A DNA stretch of 64,000 nucleotides, taken from Macrostomum lignano. Lineage: Eukaryota. The notes beneath the pieces were generated by a model. The model searched no databases. It saw only the letters and a program-made list of their open reading frames with translations, and was not told where the DNA came from. Numbering within the stretch: position 1 is the stretch's first letter; every line of letters starts with the position of its first letter. This document shows, one piece after another, positions 11,432 to 22,552 of the stretch. The position numbers and the translations under genes were made by a program. The stretch lies in NCBI GenBank assembly GCA_002269645.1, contig NIVC01000446.1, positions 530,078 to 594,077 on the forward strand, written 5' to 3'.

Positions 11432-14400
11432 TCATTGGTACGATTTGTCCTCCGGGGGAGAATAAGCTGGCGGCGGCGCCTGGAGCGCTGGGTAGCCGCT
11501 GAAACCGGCATCGGCAGGTGGAGCGGACGCTGGCACAGCAGGATCGTGTCCCATAGGCTGTCTAGGATAAGCAGCCGTAGGTAAATTAGTAGCGACAGCA
11601 CTGCCTGGAACAGGAGCGTAGGGCACAGGCGGGCCGGCCATTTGCATCGGTGGATGCGCAACGGCGTTTGGCTGCGGCACGTTTCGATTGCGTTGATTCT
11701 GTCGCGAGATGTATAGGTAAATGCCGAAACCGGCCCCGCAGCAACAGCAACAGCACAGTATAATTGACACTAACAGGACTGCCAACACGGGCCCGAATAC
11801 AGCAGCATCGCCGTGATATCTATAAAATTCCTCTTCATCGCAGCATCTCTGTTTCTCTTTACCGCAGCAATATTTAGAATCTTCATCATAATCCCATCCG
11901 ATAGCGTCAGTGGGGCACACAAAATATGAGTAGTTTTTCCCAACGCTAGGCCTGGTGGACAAGTCTTTATTAACTGGCGCCTTGAAACTGGGGCTCTCGC
12001 AGACGGCGATGTCATCGTAGGTATTCAGATAGCTGTAGCCGTTCCCGTCACCGGTGGAGCTGAACTTGTGTCGCATGCGGCTGCCCACGTACACTGACCC
12101 AGCTAGGAGCAGCCGCTCCTTCTTCAGCGTGGACACGCCGCTGTTAAACATTGAGGGAATTTGCCACTTGTTGGTTTATAATTTGAGTCTTCGCAGTCAG
12201 AGACCGTGGGGAGGGGGGTTGTAGCCTAGTGGTTGTTAAGAGCGTAGGACTCACGACTGAAAGGTCGGGGGTTCGATTCTCCACCCATTCGGAACAATTT
12301 GTGTCCTTGAGCAAGACACCTAACTCTGCATTGCTTCAGTTCACCCAGCTGTAAAATGGGTGCCAGCATTAGCTGGGCAAGTGTAATCAATTATTATTAT
12401 ATTTTTGGTTTCATTGATAAAGAAATAATAAACCGCCCAGGGTAAATTTGCATTTATAGAAAGCCGGACCATCGCAATATACAAAAATCGAAAACATTGC
12501 AATATTAAAATTAATGATATTAAAAATAGGCCTAGTGAAAATAACTAACTAGTTTAATTCCTTTTCAAAACTACGAGGCGCACTCGTAAGCACACAAGTA
12601 TCAGCAATCACTAAAGGAATAAAATTTAAAACCAATATAAACTCACCCCATTCGTTGGAGAATGCCAACTGGCATGATGTAGTCTGACTTGCGAAATCCT
12701 CCACTTTTATATGGCGTGTAATATGAGCGAGTATTCGATTGGAAAGAGCTTAAACGATTGCTTTGATCGCTTCTATAAGAGAAACTGCTGGAGTACCGAT
12801 CAGAGGACACATAGCGCGTGGCTGCAGTGGCATCTGTTTACAAAAAAATGATGTACATTTTCAAGTTTGTTAAGATGCAATATTTAATTTAATGCAATAA
12901 AAACTACATGTTCAAATAGTAGGCTAGTAGAATATATAGTACATTTACTATATGTACTATATAGTACAATACAATGTGAACATAATGTAATGAAAATGTT
13001 CTTCATAACCATTTTATTTGTACATTAATTAAACTTGAATCAAGGCTTAAATATATTGATAGTGTGCTATGTTGATTGCTATATAAAATTAAGCATTATA
13101 TTGCATATAAAGTTTCTACTAAACTAATAAATATAGACTTTGTAGGACATTATACATACTTGGGCATTAAATTGATAGTTATATTGTTTTTTGCAATAGG
13201 GATGCTATAGCATCTTTAATTTCGAAATTGCATCTTGAAATTTGACCTTATATACAATTTTGCATCTTAGTGCCAAAAAACCCCAGCTTATAAACCTAGA
13301 TTAAAAAAGATTAATTTTTAATCTTTTTTAATCTTTTTATACCCTGACGACGGCCCTAGTGGGTTGAAACGCGTTGGTTTTCGCCATAAATGTTGATCTT
13401 AAGCTTTATTTATTTGCTATTAATTAAGCGAGCAACTCTACCACAATTAATTTTTTTTATTTTGATTCAGAAGACTTTTAAAATAAAAAACTACAAACTA
13501 TTATCATAGACAAGAAATTCAAGAAAAGTTCTGACAAAATTACTGTTGTCCATATTGATTTAATTAGTTCTATATGAAGCCAGTCTATGCTGAAATCATA
13601 TGATTTTATATTATTGAATATTTAAAAAAGAAATTTAAAAATTAAAAAAAACTTTGAAGAGCTTAGCTTAATTTAATGTTTTTAATCTCTAAAGATAATA
13701 AATAATAAATAAATAAAGTTACAGTTATAAAAGTTTTAAATAAACTTTCTACAAAACATACATTTGCTCTATTAGTGAACCTTAAAAGTTTAGAAATCAA
13801 GATATAAATATGTTTATCTAGTTTTTATCTGAAATTTACTTTCAAAAATATTTACAAAAAGCATATGTTTGGTAGAAAAACTAGAGTTATTAGACACTGG
13901 AGTCTAAGTCTTATGTTAGACTATGGAGTCTCACTTAAACTTATACAATTGGACTATGTAAGAATTTTATAGTTTAAAGTTATATATATAATACACATAG
14001 ATATATAACCTATGCATTTATAAACCCTAGATTAGAATCATTTTGCTCTTGCTATAAACAACTAGAATAATTTAATGATTATAGTAATGATCATAGTAAT
14101 TATAGTAATGTAATGATATGATTCAGATTAATCATTGCTAACCAATTGTTTTAAATAAATAAAAAATATCTAGGCCATTTATTATAATTTTTTCTTTGCT
14201 GGGTTGAATAAGGTAATTAAATTAAAACATTAATCTTTGTTCTTCAAAATTTAAAGCACCATTTTTTCTTTACAGTACAGATACAGTGCTATAGTGTTAG
14301 TGGCAAATAAGTAGAAAAACTAACTATACAATTTCTCCATAGTATAGGACTCTCAAGCTTAATTTCTAGGCATTCTTTTTGTAAAATAATGAAGCCATTT

Positions 14401-14643
14401 AAGGCAAATATTAAAATATATATTTTTCAAGTGTTTTGGTGCAATGACACTTTGTCCATCTAAGAAAAGCTATAGTTATAACTATTATATAATGCATATC
14501 TCAGTAAGTCTTTTTTACAGACACTTACATTAGGTACGAAAGAAAACTGAATAGAAATCGCGAAGACGCGAATGTGTACCTTGAGATAGCAGCGTAAGTA
14601 GGCCTAAACCAAACGCAATCACCAGATTCCGAATTCGATCCAT
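11432..14643 (-). CDS. Shisa-like (Shisa/WBP1/VOPP1-type) single-pass membrane protein, 3 exons, ~319 aa
   Basis: Exons 14643-14580 (MDRIRNLVIAFGLGLLTLLSQ, signal-peptide-like; donor AG|GTACAC), 12833-12647 (acceptor AAACAG, donor GG|GTGAGT) and 12140-11432 (acceptor AACAG). Phases 1 and 2 match and all exons are open. The protein has the Cys motif C...YCCG...RCC, a TM helix followed by a Cys cluster, and a Pro-rich tail with PPAY (PPxY). Confidence 0.8.
12178..12207 (-). other. Spliced-leader-like relic
   Basis: Minus strand ACGGTCTCTGACTGCGAAGACTCAAATTAT versus the Macrostomum SL as recalled, ACGGTCTCTTACTGCGAAGACTCAATTTAT(TGCATG): 28/30 identical. The SL sequence is from memory and needs checking. 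Confidence 0.7.
12213..12400 (+). mobile_element. tRNA-derived SINE with MIR/CORE-like domain, copy 1
   Basis: A-box TAGCCTAGTGG (12222) and B-box GTTCGATTC (12271), then GTGTCCTTGAGCAAGACACCTAACTCTGCATTGCTTCAGTTCACCCAGCTGTAAAATGGG, which resembles the MIR core, and a (TTA)n tail. A second copy lies at 32660-32826. Confidence 0.85.
13341..13378 (+). ncRNA. Candidate minimal type I hammerhead ribozyme (Penelope-like element type)
   Basis: ACC-CTGACGA-C-GGCCC-TAGT-GGGTT-GAAA-CGCG-TT-GGT: core CUGANGA and GAAA, a 5-bp stem II with two G-U pairs, a palindromic ACGCGU stem III and a 3-bp stem I. Confidence 0.45.
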
Positions 14644-15174
14644 TTCGTAGTGCTCTGTAACTACAAAGTAAAAAAACCAGTCAGTTTGAAGGTAAATCCA
14701 AAATGCTTATTGTGACGGGTTGTTTTTTGCTTATTTAATGACTTGAAAACTTCCTAAAATTTTCACAAACACAGAGAAATCTAATGGCGCTATAGCCTCA
14801 ACCAGCCCCAAGGTCAAGGCCAAAACCAAAACCAAAATTGTAAAAAGTTAGCTGTACTGTCTAAGAAATCTGCTGTTTAACATTTTAGGAATTGGTAACT
14901 CAATGACCATTAGAATGCTTAATATAGTAAGATACAAATAAAATACAAATCGAAAATATAGATTTAACAATTGAAGTTATTTTTCATTGTGTGTATTAGA
15001 GAAACACGTTACTTGTTGTTTTACTTTTATTTTTTTCGGTGAATCAAAGACGAGTAAAAGATCCAAAGCATCTTAATCAGGGAACAGCAAACTCCGCGAC
15101 GCCGCGTACCAAATCCCGCGAAGCCTCTTTATCCAGCCCTTTGGTCCAGCCCGCTTCAAGTTTAAACGCTTCTC

Positions 15175-15480
15175 AGCTTTCTTCTCTCTAATCGTCCTCT
15201 CCTATATCCTCTCCCTTCTCTCCTCCAATCGTTTTCTCTGCTTAACTCTCTCCTCTTGTCTCCTCTCCTCACCCCTGTCCTCTCTTTTCTGTTGTTGCTC
15301 CTCTCCTCTCCCCCTCTCCGATCTCTCCTCTCTCCTCTCTCCTCTCCTACATGTGTACATGTATGTATTGATCGCCTCTCCTCCCTTTCCTTATTCTCTC
15401 GCCTCTCCTTTCTCCTACTGTATCTCTCTTCTCTCTTCTCTCTCCTCTCTTTTCCCTCTACTCTCCCCTTCTCTTGTTAT
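15175..15480. repeat. CT-rich low-complexity tract
   Basis: Pyrimidine-only composition; a mirror GA-rich tract lies at ~15840-15970. Confidence 0.8.
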
Positions 15481-17526
15481 GCGGCATATTCTCTATCTGG
15501 CCCTTGGGGCAAAAGGCGTGAAATGATGTACATGTACATGTAGATGTAAAGATTTTCAGACTTTAACTCAAGGCGCCATAGTCCAAGCTTTATCAAACCG
15601 CGATAACTTTTCCGTTTACCAAGCGTAAGATCAGATAACAAGAAAAACAAATTGAGACACCTCATTCTATCTCTCATGCGGCAATTATGGCACTGTAGAG
15701 AAAATACTAACGATTGAATTATGAGATATTTAAATTAGAGTTAAATTGAATCTAAGATAAGCCAGTAAGTGGGCGCAGGGCCCAAACAAGTATATTTATA
15801 TGACTTAATTTAGAGGGGGGTTGACTCCAGATAATAAGGAGAGGGGTGAAGTGCGCGACTGAAGAGAGAGGCGAGAATGGAGAGCCAATCAGAAGGCAGC
15901 AAGGGAGAGAGAGAGATAAGAATAACAAGATTGAGCTAGACAGAGAGAGAGAAAACAGAGTAAACAGAGACAAGTGAAGGTGAACTAAGAAATGACTAGG
16001 AAAGTCGCGACAGGCACTAACACCTTTTTTACCTCCTATTTTGAACCAAAGTACGTCTTGTTCAAAAGAATTAAACAAGCAGAACTTCCACTTAAACACT
16101 TGAGAAATCTCAGCGCTTGTGGAAGTTTAACTCAAGCAAAGTCCATTTCTAATTGAAACAGATGAAATCCAATTCAGACTGACTGTGGCCGAAACTGTCC
16201 CTGAGTGAAGCGCACGCACAGATTTGAAATTCAAAAGAAAAAAGTTTTCAAACAAACAAACATTCTATTTCGACAGAGATTTTTGCAGACTAGATACATT
16301 TTTTAACGACACCGAGTTAACGACACCGAAGACTTGTAGATTCCGGACTACGTGCAGGTCAAGCGGCTTTCACCATACAGTCCGTTTATGACTCCTATGG
16401 ACCAGTATAGACAAAGACATACGAGTAGACAAGAGGTGATATTCATATTGACATTTTGTCCTAAGTTTTCTTGAAATGGTCGAATTCCGGCCCTTGCCTT
16501 AAGCATGTATAAAATGCTACGTACATGAGAGTGTGTAATATACATGTATAATTACTACCACATTTAGAGTCGAGAGGATTAAAAATATGAGGTTTTAGGC
16601 AAGTTAATTAAGGGCTCCATTGTTACAAACAGGCGTTTAAAGTAAAACAGGATGGCTTCGATCGCATTATATTTTTAATTGATGCCTTATCCATACAGCA
16701 GTTCCTATGGCTACATAGTTGCAATCCACTGTTAATAAAACATTTCATATGAGCACTGAGTTTATAGTACTTTTAGAATCTAACGCACATGTGATGTATA
16801 TCGAACAAATCCAATTCGATGGCAAATTTCTTCAAAATCTCATTAAGCACTATATATGCTTTATGCCTCAAATAAAAGTAATAATTTCGTGGAAAATATT
16901 TTCTGCTTTTTACCAGTAAAAAAGAATTAATTCATTCCAGCAGCTGCTAATGCATGTATCCATATTATATTGTAGCCCTTGGCAGTTTCTGACGAATGGC
17001 ATTGAGCATGAGGGGCTCGCCTGCCCCTGCAGAATAGGACACATTCTTCCATTGAAAGCCAGGTCACGATATATGCATGCATATCCCAGGAGTTTAATGA
17101 ATCAGCTTCATGAATGCAGCTTCATGAATCGAAAATGAGATGTATAGATGATGTACATCATAGCTCAGTTCTGCAACACCCCCTACGGCGGGATACTGAG
17201 AATCAAGTAGATAAAGCCATTTGTCTTACCATCATTTTAGAACATCAGCATGTGATTACGAGCGTAAAGTTTATGTGTCGGAACAGTTTTACATCCTGTC
17301 AGCAAACTATAAGCTTGTAAATTAAATAACAACACGAAAGTGGTGCATGTGTTGTAATTGCAGAAGCTCAATTTTATGTGCTTACTTCAATAAGTCCATT
17401 GGGTTGGGAAAAGATCTTTCCTCAATCAGGTGGTAAAATACATCCAATAATCAAATGTCCTTATTTTGTTAAAGACCCTTCAATTTTGTTGTTTTGACGC
17501 TCGTGTCTTTTTCCGAGCAGACCGGG

Positions 17527-17892
17527 CTACATCTCTCGCTTTCCAAGCAGACCAGAGTACATCTCTCGCTTTCCAAGCAGACCAGAGTACATCGCTCGCT
17601 TTCCAAGCAGGCCAGAGTACATCTCTCGCTTTCCAAGCAGACCAGAGTACATCTCTCGCTTTCCAAGCAGACCAGAGTACATCGCTCGCTTTCCAAGCAG
17701 GCCAGAGTACATCTCTCGCTTTCCAAGCAGACCAGAGTACATCTCTCGCTTTCCAAGCAGACCAGAGTACATCTCTCGCTTTCCAAGACCGCGCTCCAAC
17801 ACCCGCTTAGAAGCAAGAGCGCTCTCTAGTTGACCAAAATTGTCCAGCAGAACATAGACTACCAGCAGCAGAAGCAGTGGATACTTCATCAT
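17527..17892 (-). CDS. Amidated neuropeptide precursor (6x EMYSGLL-NH2, 2x AMYSGLL-NH2, 1x VLERGL-NH2)
   Basis: Hydrophobic N-terminal signal (MMKYPLLLLLVVYVLL...) followed by tandem peptides, each closed by G-K-R (amide donor plus dibasic site). Encoded by a 30-bp coding repeat. Confidence 0.92.
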   Translation of the reverse strand: MMKYPLLLLLVVYVLLDNFGQLESALASKRVLERGLGKREMYSGLLGKREMYSGLLGKREMYSGLLGKRAMYSGLLGKREMYSGLLGKREMYSGLLGKRAMYSGLLGKREMYSGLLGKREM

Positions 17893-18634
17893 CTGATTTC
17901 TAGGAATGATTCTGTGCCAATCTAAAAAAATAATTGCTTGGTTTTTTGATCAAACTCAGAAAATGATGGACACAAACATTGACAAATAATCTTTTAAATT
18001 ATTAAATGAAGTGTTGTTATAGTAAGGACATAGTTTAGGAGGTAATTCAAATTTGCTTTTGCGCTACTTTGAGTAGTTTTATTTCCAGAAATACCAGTAG
18101 ATAGGTTAGTGAAGGCTTTGCGGGATGGGGGCACATGACGAAACCTGACGAGAGCTGCCCATTTGCAACGTTTTCCCAGATTTGAGAGAGAGTAAGCAAA
18201 ATTTTAGAAATTTTAAGCATAATTTTTCTTAAACCGACAGTCAATCTGAAGAAATGTCCATAAAAATTCGAGCACATTTCCTGAGCCATCCCAAGTGAAG
18301 AGAAGTACTCTAGCATCACGGAATTTACATGCCTAGTCAGACAGTATTAAGAGGACTCAAGATAAGAGTAATGACTGCCGCAACTTCAGCGGAAAATGAT
18401 TTCTAAGAAATACTGATTTTCTTGGTAAGCAAATAAAATGCAATTCGAAATATTTCCACTGACAAAATCAATACTGGTAGAGCCATTGAAATAGCTACTC
18501 AATCAGCGGGTTATTATGAGCGTAGATTGGGACAGGTGAGGTTGAGGCTATTAGTGAGTGCAGTTGAGGCTATTTGTGAGGTGGAGTTGATAGTGAATTA
18601 GTGAATGGGACAGGTAAAGGTGAGGCTATTAGTG

Positions 18635-19812
18635 ATTGGGACAGGTGAGGGTTGGGCTATTAGTGAATGGGACAGGTGAGGGTTGGGCTATTAGTGATTG
18701 GGACAGGTGAGGGTTGGGCTATTAGTGATTGGGACAGGTGAGGGTTGGGCTATTAGTGATTGGGACAGGTGAGGGTTGGGCTATTAGTGATTGGGACAGG
18801 TGAGGGTTGGGCTATTAGTGAATGGGACAGGTGAGGGTTGGGCTATTAGTGATTGGGACAGGTGAGGGTTGGGCTATTAGTGATTGGGACAGGTGAGGGT
18901 TGGGCTATTAGTGATTGGGACAGGTGAGGGTTGGGCTATTAGTGAATGGGACAGGTGAGGGTTGGGCTATTAGTGATTGGGACAGGTGAGGGTTGGGCTA
19001 TTAGTGATTGGGACAGGTGAGGGTTGGGCTATTAGTGATTGGGACAGGTGAGGGTTGGGCTATTAGTGATTGGGACAGGTGAGGGTTGGGCTATTAGTGA
19101 TTGGGACAGGTGAGGGTTGGGCTATTAGTGATTGGGACAGGTGAGGGTTGGGCTATTAGTGATTGGGACAGGTGAGGGTTGGGCTATTAGTGATTGGGAC
19201 AGGTGAGGGTTGGGCTATTAGTGAATGGGACAGGTGAGGGTTGGGCTATTAGTGATTGGGACAGGTGAGGGTTGGGCTATTAGTGATTGGGACAGGTGAG
19301 GGTTGGGCTATTAGTGATTGGGACAGGTGAGGGTTGGGCTATTAGTGATTGGGACAGGTGAGGGTTGGGCTATTAGTGATTGGGACAGGTGAGGGTTGGG
19401 CTATTAGTGATTGGGACAGGTGAGGGTTGGGCTATTAGTGAATGGGACAGGTGAGGGTTGGGCTATTAGTGATTGGGACAGGTGAGGGTTGGGCTATTAG
19501 TGATTGGGACAGGTGAGGGTTGGGCTATTAGTGATTGGGACAGGTGAGGGTTGGGCTATTAGTGATTGGGACAGGTGAGGGTTGGGCTATTAGTGATTGG
19601 GACAGGTGAGGGTTGGGCTATTAGTGATTGGGACAGGTGAGGGTTGGGCTATTAGTGAATGGGACAGGTGAGGGTTGGGCTATTAGTGATTGGGACAGGT
19701 GAGGGTTGGGCTATTAGTGATTGGGACAGGTGAGGGTTGGGCTATTAGTGATTGGGACAGGTGAGGGTTGGGCTATTAGTGATTGGGACAGGTGAGGGTT
19801 GGGGCTATTAGT
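18635..19812. repeat. 31-bp G-rich minisatellite, ~38 copies
   Basis: Unit ATTGGGACAGGTGAGGGTTGGGCTATTAGTG, near perfect, with an AAT variant every 4-9 units. Confidence 0.97.
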
Positions 19813-20060
19813 GAGTGGAGTTGAGGCTATTAGTGAGTGGAGTTGAGGCTATTAGTGAGTGGACTTGAGGCTATTAGTGAGGTGGAGTTGAGGCTATTAG
19901 TGAGTGGAGTTGAGGCTACTAGTGAGGTGGAGTTGAGGCTATTAGTGAGTGGAGTTGAGGCTACTAGTGAGGTGGAGTTGAGGCTATTAGTGAGTGGACT
20001 TGAGGCTATTAGTGAGTGGACTTGAGGCTATTAGTGAGGTGGAGTTGAGGCTACTAGTGA
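19813..20060. repeat. 22/25-bp minisatellite related to the 31-mer
   Basis: GAG(G)TGGAGTTGAGGCTATTAGT units sharing GGCTATTAGTGA with the 31-mer. Confidence 0.9.
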
Positions 20061-20626
20061 GTAAAATTTAGGGCTGTTAGTGAAAAATGCAACTGAAAAG
20101 TGATCAATTACCAGTATTTTGAAGCAATCTTGCTGGAATTCAGAACCTAGCTGTGTTCAGTAAGTTGATGGCTCTTCAAATTATTCTTCCTGCAGTTGCC
20201 AAGCGGCGCAATTCTTCAAAGAAATGGAAATGCTTCGCAAATAAAGATGCGAGTCTGAGATGATGGCAGCCGAGAATCCACGGGTTCCGTTTCTGATTGG
20301 ATATTTGCAATTTTCTTAACGCGAATTGGTCGGAAATTTCTGGGCTGGTAAGGTTGTCAAATTTGTTTTTTTCTAATGGATTTTGGTTCCAAATTCAAAA
20401 TCAATTCATTTTGCGGTTCTTTAATACTTTATCCACTGGATTAAACTAAAAAACCGATCATTAATTTCCTGAATAAATAAGACAACACTGAAAAAGAGAG
20501 GGCGGGGTGGAATGACAAGCGACTTACATGTAATTAATTTGCGATAGCACGAACTTTCAGTTCTGAGCCAACAAATCTAGCCCTAATTGGGGAATCTCGA
20601 TTTTCAGAAACCATAAAAAACTCTGC

Positions 20627-20958
<332 letters not shown>

Positions 20959-21130
20959 GCAGAATTCCTAGACTTGAAAATCTCTTTACAAACTTGACTG
21001 AGCATTTTAGTCTATGTCACAAAGGCTTTACGATTGAAAGCTGATGTTACTGGAGCTTATTCCGGTAAAGTCTGAATCTCGCATTAATTGTTAATTAAGA
21101 ACGACCTCCTCTTTCAAAACGGACGCGGCA

Positions 21131-21886
21131 ATGAAATCCTCAATGCCTGCACCTTCGAATGCGCACTTGAATGTCCGCTTCGCCGACACAGCCGTCGTTC
21201 ATTATCCGGCCCCGGAGCCGCTGTCCCCCACGCCGCTGGAGGTTGCAGCGGCTTCGATAAGCGACGGAGGCGGCGGCGGCGGCGGCAGCGGCGAGACTGG
21301 AGCGGAGGACAGCGGCTTGGCCAGCTTTTCAGGACCGCCTCGTTGCGGCCGAATCATTTCAAAGCGCGAGCTGCTGCAGTGCTTGAACGGGCCAGACTTT
21401 GATGCCAACATTGGCTGCCAGAATGACCCAGAAACTGCAGTTGCAGACTCGTCTAACGTGAGCAACCTGAGCGGCGACTTGAACGCCATGGACCAGCAGT
21501 CTCAGCAGCGGCAGCAGCAGCTGAGCATGATACCGAAGTACCAGCCGATTAACAACGTACCGCCGCAGGTGGACAATCGAGGTGGCCGGGTCGCACGAGT
21601 AGCCACTGACAACATCAGGGAGGTGGCAGCTGCGGCAGTTGCAGCAGCAGCAGCAGCAGCCGCAGCCGCAGCCGCAGCGGCCGCCGCGGCCGGTGGTACA
21701 GACAAATCCAACATGGTCGGAAAGTCGACCGGAACGATGTCGTCCGCCCTGCGCCGCCGCAACCTTGCCAGCGAGAGAACAAGAAGCAAACAGTCCACCG
21801 TGTGCGCGATTCTGCTTGGTGAGGCCTTCGACGATGTGGGTCACTTCTGGCACAGAGGCAGGACTGCCCATTCCGCTGACTTCTGA
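21131..21886 (+). CDS. Unknown protein, 251 aa, with poly-Gly/Gln/Ala tracts
   Basis: ATG-initiated GC-rich ORF in AT-rich surroundings with natural composition. VRFAD near the N-terminus is loosely RVxF-like. No family recognised; it may be one exon of a larger gene. Confidence 0.55.
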   Translation: MKSSMPAPSNAHLNVRFADTAVVHYPAPEPLSPTPLEVAAASISDGGGGGGGSGETGAEDSGLASFSGPPRCGRIISKRELLQCLNGPDFDANIGCQNDPETAVADSSNVSNLSGDLNAMDQQSQQRQQQLSMIPKYQPINNVPPQVDNRGGRVARVATDNIREVAAAAVAAAAAAAAAAAAAAAAAGGTDKSNMVGKSTGTMSSALRRRNLASERTRSKQSTVCAILLGEAFDDVGHFWHRGRTAHSADF

Positions 21887-22552
21887 GCTCCCACAGGGTT
21901 TACAGCGGCGGTGATAGAGTCAGACATTGATCTTTTGTTTGGTATGGCAATAGTTTTAAGCACCCATGGCCTGTTTGAAATTCCCATTGTTAAACCCAAT
22001 GATAGCTATATAGAATTCCTACGAGAAAATTTGATGCTGAAAACACCCAAAACTGGTTAAACCATTGGTCAAAAAAGGAATTTTTAAAATTCAAATGTTG
22101 TTTACAAGTGTTCTAATGGTCTTTAAAAAAACTAACTTTGAAATCAGCAACCCCCCCCCCCCCCTACAAAAACTGCAAAACAATTCTTGGTACTTGCCTA
22201 AAAATCATGAACTTACAGGTTACAGCAGTAGCAAGTGATGCTATTATAAGTAGTATCGTGCAAAAGAAAAACAAGGGGCAATTATAAATCTTTCTCGCAA
22301 CCAAGAACGGCAGAGTTTTTGTGGAACTTTTTAATTAAACACCCATTATACTCATTTGGTTAGTGAAGAGAAAAGTCAGCAAACAATGAACAATTATCAA
22401 TATTTATTATTGTTGATCAAGCGCGTCGCCACCGGAGGGTCCAGGGGGGCAGGTCTCCCCAGTGAAAGCTATGTGGGGACAGGCCAATGCTTTGTTCCCC
22501 CACTCAACCTTGTGACCCGTTATGGAAATTAATAATCTTGCTTCAGGGCGAC

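Noticed and set aside
12213-12290. tRNA gene calls for the SINE heads (also 32760-32826 and 45612-45680)
   Set aside because: Imperfect cloverleaf and direct continuation into a SINE body
13060-13185. YTYLGIKL and CYVDC as a LINE/PLE reverse transcriptase remnant
   Set aside because: The motifs are only ~28 codons apart in AT-rich sequence full of stops; too weak
16348-16450. Signal-peptide-like MNITSCLLVCLCLYWSIGVING on the minus strand
   Set aside because: No convincing donor or downstream exon found
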